Part shown: in pieces, positions 1 through 8,182 of the stretch
Position numbering within the stretch: position 1 is the first letter of the stretch
Layout of the letters: every line of letters begins with the position of its first letter
Assembly (NCBI GenBank): GCA_017134395.1
Contig: CP070993.1
Location: 189,656-253,655 of the forward strand
Direction: 5' to 3'
Length of the DNA: 64,000 nt
From: Candidatus Kaiserbacteria bacterium
Lineage (GTDB): Bacteria; Patescibacteriota; Minisyncoccia; Phycocordibacterales; UBA2100
The notes under the pieces: model-generated
Seen by the model: the letters and a program-made list of their open reading frames with translations, nothing else
The model's database searches: none
What the model was told of the DNA's origin: nothing
Translations under genes and position numbers: made by a program

Positions 1-23
1 TGTTTCTTTTTATAGTTCTGAGT

Positions 24-1271
24 GTGATTCTTAGTACATTGTACCCGCCACTTATCGTGGCTGTTCTGACATGGATTTTTATATTGGCTCCACTCTGGGC
101 ACCTGTAGTTCTTGGTACCATATGGTGGTCGCAGTGGATTAAGTATATCCGAGCAAATTTCATTTCTGCTCAGCCACAAGTACTCTTAGAGATAAAACTT
201 CCTCGACAAATTTTAAAAACACCAAAAGCTATGGAGGCAGTTCTTTCTGGGCTCCATGTTGGTCCTGGAGAAACAACGTTTATATCTCGTTCTTGGGAAG
301 GAAAAGTGCGGCCGTGGTGGTCACTTGAGATTGCTTCAATTGAGGGCAAGATACATTTTTATGTGTGGGCGTGGGAAAAACATCGAGATTTTGTTGAATC
401 ACAATTTTATGCACAATACCCAGACATAGAGATTCACGAGGTGGAAGACTATTCTGCAGGTCTAACTTATGACCCAAGCAAAAATAATGTATGGGGAATG
501 GAATATAAACTTGCTAAAGACGATGCCTATCCAATCAAATCATACATAGACTTCGAACTCGACCAAGATCCAAAAAAAGTCGAACATGTTGTTGATCCAT
601 TGTCAGGTGTGTTTGAAAAGCTAAGCTCATTAGGACCTGGAGAACAAATGTGGATTCAAATTCTCATTCGACAAAATAAAGGCGCCACTATCGATCATAC
701 GTTCGGACGTCGAACTAAATCGTGGAAAGACGAGGCTCAAGAAGAGATTGAAAAAATTTACAAAGACTCAAAGCCGCAGGAAATCGATATCGCTACCGGA
801 GAGATTACTGAAGGGAACTACCCACTCTTAAAACCAGCACAAGTAAACACAATCAAGGCACTCGAACGCAGTGTTGATAAGCAAGGATTCGATGCAGGCA
901 TACGGGCGGTGTACATAACAAAGCCAGATGTCTTTAAGGGAAACAAAATTCCTACAAACATAGTTAATCTTTGGAGCACATTCGGTTCTGGCCATTTAAA
1001 TAAATTCGTTCCGGGTAATACATGGCATGTATCGCTTGATTATCCATGGCAGGATTTTAAAAATATGCGCGCTGCACATTTTTCACACCGTATACTTGAT
1101 GCGTACCGTCGCAGAAGCCTCTTCCATCCACCCTACGAGCGGCCTCGATTTGTACTCACAACCGAGGAGTTAGCAACTATTTATCATTTCCCAACAGAAG
1201 AAACAAAAGCGCCTGGAATCCAACGGATATCATCCACCAAAGGGGATGCGCCAACAAACCTTCCAACATAG
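24..1271 (+). CDS. Conserved CPR-type membrane protein of unknown function (N-terminal TM; resembles N-terminal regions of CPR VirD4/TraG-like proteins)
   Basis: 415-aa ORF with hydrophobic N-terminus and motifs LLEIKLP, WSLEIAS, AQYPDIEI, YPIKSY, LTTEELATIYHFP recalled from CPR hypothetical proteins. Confidence 0.55.
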   Translation: MILSTLYPPLIVAVLTWIFILAPLWAPVVLGTIWWSQWIKYIRANFISAQPQVLLEIKLPRQILKTPKAMEAVLSGLHVGPGETTFISRSWEGKVRPWWSLEIASIEGKIHFYVWAWEKHRDFVESQFYAQYPDIEIHEVEDYSAGLTYDPSKNNVWGMEYKLAKDDAYPIKSYIDFELDQDPKKVEHVVDPLSGVFEKLSSLGPGEQMWIQILIRQNKGATIDHTFGRRTKSWKDEAQEEIEKIYKDSKPQEIDIATGEITEGNYPLLKPAQVNTIKALERSVDKQGFDAGIRAVYITKPDVFKGNKIPTNIVNLWSTFGSGHLNKFVPGNTWHVSLDYPWQDFKNMRAAHFSHRILDAYRRRSLFHPPYERPRFVLTTEELATIYHFPTEETKAPGIQRISSTKGDAPTNLPT

Positions 1272-1272
1272 T

Positions 1273-2343
1273 ATGTTTGAGCACTATAAAGAAAAACTAA
1301 AAATGTCTTTTGAACGTCTGTATGTTCGTTTTATATCACATCACGAGAGTGTAAGTGATGCAGTGTACGATTGGCATGACACACGACTAGACAACTTAAA
1401 CCGGCGAACATTCGTTATACTCGCAATTGGTTTAATTTTTGTATCTGTACTGTACGTAGAAAGTTTTCATCCAACGGATGATTTTCCTATTGAACAGTAC
1501 ATAACAATTGAAGAAGGGGAAACGTTGCAATCGCTTGCCCAAGTACTAGAAGACGAGGACATCGTACGAAGCGCCCACTGGTTAGAAATTCTTGTTCGGC
1601 TCCGTGGTGGACAACATTCAGTTCACGCCGGAGATTATCTGTTTGCAAAGCCAGTCGGAGCGTTTTCGGTAGCACGCATTATTACCACTGGAGCGTACGG
1701 TCTTGAGCCAATTAAAATCACTATTCCTGAAGGGGCTACTGTTGCCGATATGGCAATCATTTATGACAGGCGGCTCTTCAAATTCGATGCAGACAAGTTC
1801 CTCCGCGATACGAATGATCTTGAAGGCTACCTTTTCCCCGATACGTATCATTTCCTTCCGAATGTTCGTGAAGATGAAGTAATCCGTGTAATGCAAGATA
1901 CATTCCAATCGCGTATTGCAGAGTTTGAAGACGACCTTGCTGAATCTGAGTATTCGCTTCATGAAATAATTACACTCGCTTCTATTATTGAGAAAGAAGC
2001 GTGGAAGCCAAAAGACCAAAAACTTATATCTGGCGTACTACACAATCGTCTCGACGACGGTATGCGCCTTCAGGTGGATGCAACGTTTACATACACGCAC
2101 GACAAGGGTACCTATGACATAACACTCGCTGAACTCAAAGACGAGGAAAACCCCTACAATACATACGTGCATAAAGGACTCCCACCCGGACCAATTGCGG
2201 CAGTTGGTGAATCTGCAATAAGCGCAGCGTTGAGACCAACACCAAGTAGTTTTTATTTCTATCTCGCTGACCGTACTGGAACAACCTACTTCAGCGCAAC
2301 GTACGCCGAACATCTTGCAAAAAAACGAGTATACGTTGACTAA
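1273..2343 (+). CDS. mltG: Endolytic transglycosylase MltG
   Basis: TM anchor; motifs ITIPEG, LEGYLFPDTY, LASIIEKE, NRL..GMRLQVDAT, NPYNTY..GLPPGPI; ATG at 1273 follows the upstream stop. Confidence 0.95.
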   Translation: MFEHYKEKLKMSFERLYVRFISHHESVSDAVYDWHDTRLDNLNRRTFVILAIGLIFVSVLYVESFHPTDDFPIEQYITIEEGETLQSLAQVLEDEDIVRSAHWLEILVRLRGGQHSVHAGDYLFAKPVGAFSVARIITTGAYGLEPIKITIPEGATVADMAIIYDRRLFKFDADKFLRDTNDLEGYLFPDTYHFLPNVREDEVIRVMQDTFQSRIAEFEDDLAESEYSLHEIITLASIIEKEAWKPKDQKLISGVLHNRLDDGMRLQVDATFTYTHDKGTYDITLAELKDEENPYNTYVHKGLPPGPIAAVGESAISAALRPTPSSFYFYLADRTGTTYFSATYAEHLAKKRVYVD

Positions 2344-2374
2344 GTAGAGGTGGTTATATATTCTCCTCATACCT

Positions 2375-3427
2375 ATGAAAAAAGTTTTTGTTGCACTTTC
2401 AGGTGGCGTCGATAGTTCAGTTGTCGCTCACATATTACAAAGCCAAGGGTGGGATGTTACCGCGGTTTTTATACGTGTGTGGCAACCTGATTTCATGCCC
2501 TGTACCCAAGACGAAGAAGAACGCGCGGCACTTCGTGTCGCAGCATCACTCGGTATACCATTTCGACGCCTTGACCTCTCTGACGAATATAAGAAAGGTG
2601 TCGTTGATACAATGATCTCAGAATATCGTGCGGGGCGTACACCAAACCCTGATGTGCTGTGTAATGCTGAGATAAAATTTGGTGCATTTCTTAAATACGC
2701 CAAACGTGAAGGAGCTAACAAAATAGCAACAGGTCACCACGCTCGTGTACATACGTCTAATGATACATACACACTCCTACGTGGGGTTGATGAAACTAAA
2801 GATCAAGCGTATTTCTTATGGAAACTCACTCAAGAAGAACTGAGTCATACGTTGATGCCAGTTGGTGAAATGTCTAAGACAGACGTTCGAGAATATGCAG
2901 AAAAACACGCGCTTCCAAGTGCACACAAACCTGATAGCCAAGGGCTCTGTTTTATTGGTCACGTTGATATGAAAACGTTTCTAAAAAACTTCATCGAAGC
3001 AAAGTCAGGACGTGTGCTGGATGAAAACGGAAAAACAATCGGAAATCACGAAGGTATTGAATTCGTTACTCTTGGACAACGAGGGGGGTTCACCATTACA
3101 GACAAAGACGCTCATGGTCGCGTGTACTATGTTGTACAAAAAGATGCAGCAGCTAATACAATTACTGTTTCTACCCAACAGAACACTATCGACACAGAAA
3201 AGGTGGAGATAAAACTTACCGATACCAACTGGCTTATGCCAATTGTGTCTTCAAAAGAATATACGTGTGAAATTCGCTACCATGGTCTACCTATTGTGTG
3301 CACGGTAGAAATAACGGGAGAACATGAAGCACGTGTGCATACAACTACTCCAATCCTCGTAGCAAAAGGACAATCTGTTGTCGTGTATGAAAAGGATGTC
3401 TGCTTCGGCGGAGGAGTGGTTGCCTAA
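2375..3427 (+). CDS. mnmA: tRNA 2-thiouridine(34) synthase MnmA
   Basis: PP-loop SGGVDS, GRTPNPDVLCN, ATGHHAR, KDQAYFL, DSQGLCF. Confidence 0.97.
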   Translation: MKKVFVALSGGVDSSVVAHILQSQGWDVTAVFIRVWQPDFMPCTQDEEERAALRVAASLGIPFRRLDLSDEYKKGVVDTMISEYRAGRTPNPDVLCNAEIKFGAFLKYAKREGANKIATGHHARVHTSNDTYTLLRGVDETKDQAYFLWKLTQEELSHTLMPVGEMSKTDVREYAEKHALPSAHKPDSQGLCFIGHVDMKTFLKNFIEAKSGRVLDENGKTIGNHEGIEFVTLGQRGGFTITDKDAHGRVYYVVQKDAAANTITVSTQQNTIDTEKVEIKLTDTNWLMPIVSSKEYTCEIRYHGLPIVCTVEITGEHEARVHTTTPILVAKGQSVVVYEKDVCFGGGVVA

Positions 3428-3481
3428 TTTTATACACGCGAAAAAATGTAATATTTTTCTCTTCGCGTATAATCAGCCTAT

Positions 3482-4327
3482 ATGGCTACATTAATTACAA
3501 AGATGAACGGTGAGCAAGAACCGTTTAATCCAGAAAAACTAGACCGTTCACTTGCACGCGCTGGAGCCTCAGCAGACATACGCAAAAAGATTGTCCAACA
3601 CGTAGTCGAGACAATTCATGATGGCATAACGACACAAGAAATTTACCAACATGCTTTCGATTTGCTTCGCACAGAAGAACGACAACCAGTTGCGGCTCGC
3701 TATTCAGTAAAACGTGCCGTATTAGATTTAGGGCCTTCTGGATTTCCATTTGAACAGTTTGTGGCTGCAATTTTTGAATCGATGGGATATACGGATGTAC
3801 AAACAGGAGTTGCTGCACAAGGAAAGTGTGCACCGCACGAAGTTGACGTCATGGCTGAACACCAAGGAAAACGCATTGCCGCTGAAGTAAAATTCCACAA
3901 CAGCCTTGGTATCAAAACAGATTTAAAAGTAGCTCTCTATGTAAAAGCTAGATTTGATGACCTAACTAATAAGGGACGTGCTGTTGATGAAGGGTGGCTT
4001 ATTACAAATACACGGTTTACTCGTAATGCAGCGCGCTTTGGAAATTGCAGTAACATGCATTTGTTGGGCTGGGACTACCCGCGAGGTCGTGGACTTGAAG
4101 TTCTTATCGACCAAGCGGGGGTACACCCAATTACCGCACTCACTTCTATTAATCAAACAGAGAAACGAGCATTGCTTGATGACAACATTGTCTTATGTCG
4201 ACAGATGCCAAACACTGATGAAGACATGGCGCGCTATGGGATACATGGGGACAACCAAGAAGCTGTTCGCGAAGAGGTGAATGGGCTTTGCACTATCCCA
4301 AAAGTTACACCCATGACAGCACAGTAA
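3482..4327 (+). CDS. ATP-cone domain fused to Mrr-like restriction endonuclease domain
   Basis: N-terminal ITK.NGEQEPFNPEKL..SL (ATP cone); GFPFEQFV..EVDV..AAEVK (PD-(D/E)XK) and LITNTRFT. Confidence 0.8.
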   Translation: MATLITKMNGEQEPFNPEKLDRSLARAGASADIRKKIVQHVVETIHDGITTQEIYQHAFDLLRTEERQPVAARYSVKRAVLDLGPSGFPFEQFVAAIFESMGYTDVQTGVAAQGKCAPHEVDVMAEHQGKRIAAEVKFHNSLGIKTDLKVALYVKARFDDLTNKGRAVDEGWLITNTRFTRNAARFGNCSNMHLLGWDYPRGRGLEVLIDQAGVHPITALTSINQTEKRALLDDNIVLCRQMPNTDEDMARYGIHGDNQEAVREEVNGLCTIPKVTPMTAQ

Positions 4328-4349
4328 TTAATCGCTACAATACACATAT

Positions 4350-4877
4350 ATGACAAAAATAATTGGAAGCTTTGGGGTAGGATTCGTTCTTGGACTTATT
4401 ATAATTTTAGGATGGAATGCCTATACTGATGCACGTTTAGAAAAAGCGCCAGGACAGACAACAGCACCAGACTCAATCCCTGCAGAGGCGATTGCCCCTA
4501 CAATAAACACCCAAGACGGTGACCCAGTAGCAAACGAAGAAATAACTGCAGCTACACCTTCGGAATATATAACAGTAAACGACCAATCTGCTGGGAGTGC
4601 AGTAACCGTTAGTTTTGCAACACTTTCAGCAAACGGCTGGATTGTAGTACACGAAGAGAGAAATGGATTTATCGGAAATGCGCTTGGTGCTAAGCGAAAA
4701 GATGCCGGTACTCACCAAAATACTGTTATTCCACTTTTGCGTGATACACAGGAGAATACTCGTTACTGGATTGTTCTCTATAGCGATGACGGTGATAAAC
4801 AGTTTAATCTTTCTACCGATTTTCCACTTCGAAATACTGAAAACGACCCAATTACTAGTTCATTTCAGGCACAATAA
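4350..4877 (+). CDS. Membrane-anchored extracellular beta-sandwich protein (DUF7282-like)
   Basis: N-terminal TM, low-complexity linker, V.DQ..G..V.V..GWIVVHE..LG motif. Confidence 0.5.
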   Translation: MTKIIGSFGVGFVLGLIIILGWNAYTDARLEKAPGQTTAPDSIPAEAIAPTINTQDGDPVANEEITAATPSEYITVNDQSAGSAVTVSFATLSANGWIVVHEERNGFIGNALGAKRKDAGTHQNTVIPLLRDTQENTRYWIVLYSDDGDKQFNLSTDFPLRNTENDPITSSFQAQ

Positions 4878-4879
4878 GT

Positions 4880-5380
4880 ATGTTCTTCGAATTTGATCCA
4901 ACTCTTTTCACTATCTTTTTTCAGCTCACCCTTGCCGCAGTGCTCGGGCTCATTCTTGGTGCTGAACGATCTATCGCCGGAAAAAGCGCCGGAATGCGAA
5001 CATTTGCGCTTGTATCACTTGGTGCCTGTTTGTTTACCGTTATTTCTATTCTTATAACAACAGAATACTTTGGGAAGGTAAACTTTGATCCAATGCGTGT
5101 TCCTGCAGCTATTATTACTGGTATTGGATTTATTGGTGCAGGTCTTATTATGTTTCGCCAAAACCTCATGCGCGGATTAACAACAGGTGCAGGTATGTGG
5201 ATTGCCGCTGGAGTAGGAATGGGAGTTGGCTTTGGCTTATATGCCATCGCAGCATACACAACAGCTTTAACACTCTTCATCTTCACTGCTGTATGGTTTA
5301 TCGAAGCAAAATTGAAAGTACACTTTGGTCGGCATAATGTAGAACCGATACGCGGTACTGAGGGCGAGACAGAAGAATAG
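4880..5380 (+). CDS. MgtC/SapB family membrane protein
   Basis: LG.ER...GK.AGMRTFALV.LGA, DP.RV.A.II.GIGFIGAG, GLTTGA.MW. Confidence 0.93.
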   Translation: MFFEFDPTLFTIFFQLTLAAVLGLILGAERSIAGKSAGMRTFALVSLGACLFTVISILITTEYFGKVNFDPMRVPAAIITGIGFIGAGLIMFRQNLMRGLTTGAGMWIAAGVGMGVGFGLYAIAAYTTALTLFIFTAVWFIEAKLKVHFGRHNVEPIRGTEGETEE

Positions 5381-5386
5381 AAAGGT

Positions 5387-6211
5387 ATGTCTTCTTTTTA
5401 TAAACCTCATCGAAAAACAGATTGGAACTACGGTGGCCCGCGATGGAGATTGTCTCGATCAAAAATAGATCTTTTTGTATCGTGTCCTCGCTGTTTTTAT
5501 ATAGACAACAAATTAGGAACTGCACGTCCTCCAGGCTTTCCATTTAACCTTAACTCAGCAGTTGATGCTCTATTTAAGGTTGAGTTTGATTTGCATCGTA
5601 AGGCTCAAACACCACACCCGATTATGGAAGAGTACGGTATCGACGCCGTGCCATTTCAACACGCGGACATAGACGAGTGGCGCGAAAACTTTAAGGGTGT
5701 TGCCGTGTTGCATGAGCCAACGGGCTTTACTGTTTCAGGGGCGGTAGACGATGTGTGGGTAAACAAAGAAGAGGAGTTATTCGTTGTTGACTATAAATCA
5801 ACAAGTAAAGACGAACGCATAGACGCACTCGACCAAGACTGGCATGATGGATACAAACGACAGATGGAGATATACCAGTGGCTGCTTCGACAAAAAGGCT
5901 TCACTGTTTCTAACACTGGATATTTTGTGTACGCAAACGCACGAAAAGACAAAGAAATGTTTGATAATCGCCTTGATTTTGAGACAACCCTCATTAGCTA
6001 CGATGGAAATGATAACTGGATTGAACAAACTCTCGCCAACATACAACTATGTCTTGATGATCCACGGATTCCGAAAGCATCAACTGAATGCGATTACTGC
6101 ACATACCGTGAAGCAGTTGGGACTGTTGTACTCAAAAACAAAGAAGCCCGCACAAGTACCAACTCACCAAAAGAAATACCGAAACAGAAAAAGAATGATA
6201 CGCTTTTTTAG
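5387..6211 (+). CDS. Solo Cas4/RecB-like PD-(D/E)XK nuclease with probable Fe-S cluster
   Basis: LSRSKI..CPRCFY, GAVDD..VVDYKST, QMEIY, C-terminal CDYC. Confidence 0.8.
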   Translation: MSSFYKPHRKTDWNYGGPRWRLSRSKIDLFVSCPRCFYIDNKLGTARPPGFPFNLNSAVDALFKVEFDLHRKAQTPHPIMEEYGIDAVPFQHADIDEWRENFKGVAVLHEPTGFTVSGAVDDVWVNKEEELFVVDYKSTSKDERIDALDQDWHDGYKRQMEIYQWLLRQKGFTVSNTGYFVYANARKDKEMFDNRLDFETTLISYDGNDNWIEQTLANIQLCLDDPRIPKASTECDYCTYREAVGTVVLKNKEARTSTNSPKEIPKQKKNDTLF

Positions 6212-6212
6212 T

Positions 6213-6482
6213 ATGACCAAGAATGTTGCATTTTCAGAAAAAGTAAGAGATGTAGTGCGCGCTATACCGAAAGGGGAAGTGCGAACCTATAAAGAAGTAG
6301 CGATTGCAGCTGGTTCACCTCATGCTGCACGCGCCGTAGGTACTATAATGCGGAACAACTATCTTGAGGACGTACCGTGTCATCGAGTTATTCGTTCAGA
6401 TGGTGGTTTAGGTGGCTACAATCGAGGTGGCGTTGCAAAAAAGAAAGAACTTCTTACTCGCGAAGGATTTTATAAAAAATAA
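6213..6482 (+). CDS. ogt: Minimal methylated-DNA--protein-cysteine methyltransferase (MGMT family)
   Basis: IP.G.V.TY..VA...G.P.AARAVG, active site PCHRV, GGY..G...K..LL..EG; true start likely ATG 6213. Confidence 0.9.
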   Translation: MTKNVAFSEKVRDVVRAIPKGEVRTYKEVAIAAGSPHAARAVGTIMRNNYLEDVPCHRVIRSDGGLGGYNRGGVAKKKELLTREGFYKK

Positions 6483-6484
6483 AC

Positions 6485-6592
6485 ACCACCACAAGAGTAC
6501 TTCACTATTTCTAAACACTGCGTATTAAGAAAAATGAACGCCTCAATTGACTGAGGCGTTCATTCATTTTGCCCATTAACCACGGTGTTTCC
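6485..6592. repeat. Dispersed ~100-bp intergenic repeat, copy 1 (copy 2 at ~41888-41984; fragment at 45081-45096)
   Basis: Exact 30-bp core TATTTCTAAACACTGCGTATTAAGAAAAAT at 6506-6535 and 41909-41938, with similar flanks. Confidence 0.85.
6533..6564. terminator. Hairpin terminator between convergent ogt and M16 peptidase genes
   Basis: 13-bp stem AATGAACGCCTCA / TGAGGCGTTCATT, 6-nt loop. Confidence 0.75.
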
Positions 6593-6606
6593 TGCCGTTT
6601 TTGTCT

Positions 6607-7887
6607 CTATACTTTTAAAAGCTTCAAAAACGCTTTTTCGTCTGTGTGAGGACCAATGATTGTCAGGTTTAGGTTCTCTGTTTTAAACAAATCTTTTGCA
6701 ACCTTGAGCAGTTGTTGTGCCGTGACCGCATCTACTTTTTTATTGAACGCATCGAGGCCACTTTTCTTACCACGCACAAGTGCTGTGTACCCAATAAACT
6801 GTGCCTGTGCGTCCGTAGTATCAAGAGACAGGGCGAATGTTCCTTTTACGTACTCTTTTCCTTTTTGTAGCTCTTGTGATGTCACAGCTTTTTTAGTTAT
6901 CTTCTTCAATTCTTTCACAATCATAGCGATAGCGTCGTGTGCACTGATGTTTGCAACTCCCGCTCGCATGTAAAAACTTCCGACATCACTGTACACATCA
7001 TTTTCTGCGCGCACGTAGTAGGCAAGCCCTCTCCTTTCACGAACTTCACTAAAAAGCCTACTCGACATACCGCCTCCTAAAATTGCAGCGAGCACTTCGG
7101 CTGCTGCTTCATTCGCATGGTCAAACGGATATGAGGGTACTGATATCACAAGGTGTGTTTGGTCGGTTTTCTTCTTTTTTATATTCACGCGAGGTTCATG
7201 TTGCTCCTCTTCGTACGGAGCACATTCAGGAGTCTCGCCAACTCTCATGTTCTTAAATAGTTTCTCTGCTTCTTTGAGAACCTGTGTCTTAGAGAAAGAA
7301 CCAGCAATACACAGTGCTGAGTTACTCGCCACATAGTTTCGATTAAAGTATTCAGTGAACTGCTTTCGTGTAAATGAAAGAATGTTTTTCTTTGGCCCAA
7401 GGATAGTTCGCCCCAATGGGTGGTTCGCACCAAACAACGTAATGTCGGCATCATCTAACACTGAGCGCATTGGCATGTCTTCGTACATATTAATCTCTTC
7501 GACAACCGCACCTCGTTCTCGTTTTATTTCTTCTGGTGGCAATGTTGGATTCAGGAAAATATCTGAAATAACACTCAACGCAGTACTAATGTGCTTCTTA
7601 TCTACCTTAGCGTAATACGCAGTGTGATCTTTTGACGTAAACGCATTCATTTGCCCACCAACTGCATCTATCTCTTCTGCTATTATCCGAGCACTCTTTC
7701 TGTTCTTTGTGCCTTTAAAAAGCATGTGCTCAAGGAAGTGAGCCATACCGTTTTCTTCTTTTGTCTCATACCGTGAGCCAGTTCCTGTCATCACCATAAC
7801 GGTTACAGACTCTGAGCCGGTTGAAGGTGCGAGCAATACGCGCATTCCGTTTTTTAGTGTATGTGTTTCAAATTTCATAGTCTGCAT
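6607..7887 (-). CDS. M16 family (pitrilysin-like) zinc peptidase
   Basis: Inverted zinc motif HFLEH, NAFTS, SRLFSEVRERRGLAY; start at ATG 7887 or 7878. Confidence 0.95.
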   Translation of the reverse strand: MQTMKFETHTLKNGMRVLLAPSTGSESVTVMVMTGTGSRYETKEENGMAHFLEHMLFKGTKNRKSARIIAEEIDAVGGQMNAFTSKDHTAYYAKVDKKHISTALSVISDIFLNPTLPPEEIKRERGAVVEEINMYEDMPMRSVLDDADITLFGANHPLGRTILGPKKNILSFTRKQFTEYFNRNYVASNSALCIAGSFSKTQVLKEAEKLFKNMRVGETPECAPYEEEQHEPRVNIKKKKTDQTHLVISVPSYPFDHANEAAAEVLAAILGGGMSSRLFSEVRERRGLAYYVRAENDVYSDVGSFYMRAGVANISAHDAIAMIVKELKKITKKAVTSQELQKGKEYVKGTFALSLDTTDAQAQFIGYTALVRGKKSGLDAFNKKVDAVTAQQLLKVAKDLFKTENLNLTIIGPHTDEKAFLKLLKV

Positions 7888-7933
7888 AGCATACCTCTTT
7901 TGCTCAGATTCACAAAAGTGGTATGCTAGAACA

Positions 7934-8158
7934 ATGTTATTTTGGGGATTAACGCTAGGAATTATTGGAAAAATTTTACTCGGTGCAACGGTCATTATGG
8001 TGCACAGTAAGATTACTCACGAGAAACGAATTGACGGGCTTGTCCTTATGGAAATGAAACGAGAAAAGAGGATTGCTCTCTTAGGGATTGCTCTGATGGT
8101 TATTGGGTATGTTCTTGAGCTTACTTTCTATGACTTCCTTGGATTTATATCGTTCTAG
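7934..8158 (+). CDS. Small two-TM membrane protein
   Basis: 74 aa, two hydrophobic segments; TG.TATGCT 6 nt upstream of ATG. Confidence 0.65.
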   Translation: MLFWGLTLGIIGKILLGATVIMVHSKITHEKRIDGLVLMEMKREKRIALLGIALMVIGYVLELTFYDFLGFISF

Positions 8159-8182
8159 TGGTACGTTCTTGTAAATAGTGAT

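Noticed and set aside
5387-6211. CRISPR-Cas locus suggested by the Cas4-like gene
   Set aside because: No cas1/cas2 and no repeat-spacer array seen anywhere in the window
5844-6212. Long N-terminal extension of ogt in the ORF track (212 aa)
   Set aside because: Overlaps the nuclease gene in another frame; MGMT similarity starts at ATG 6213
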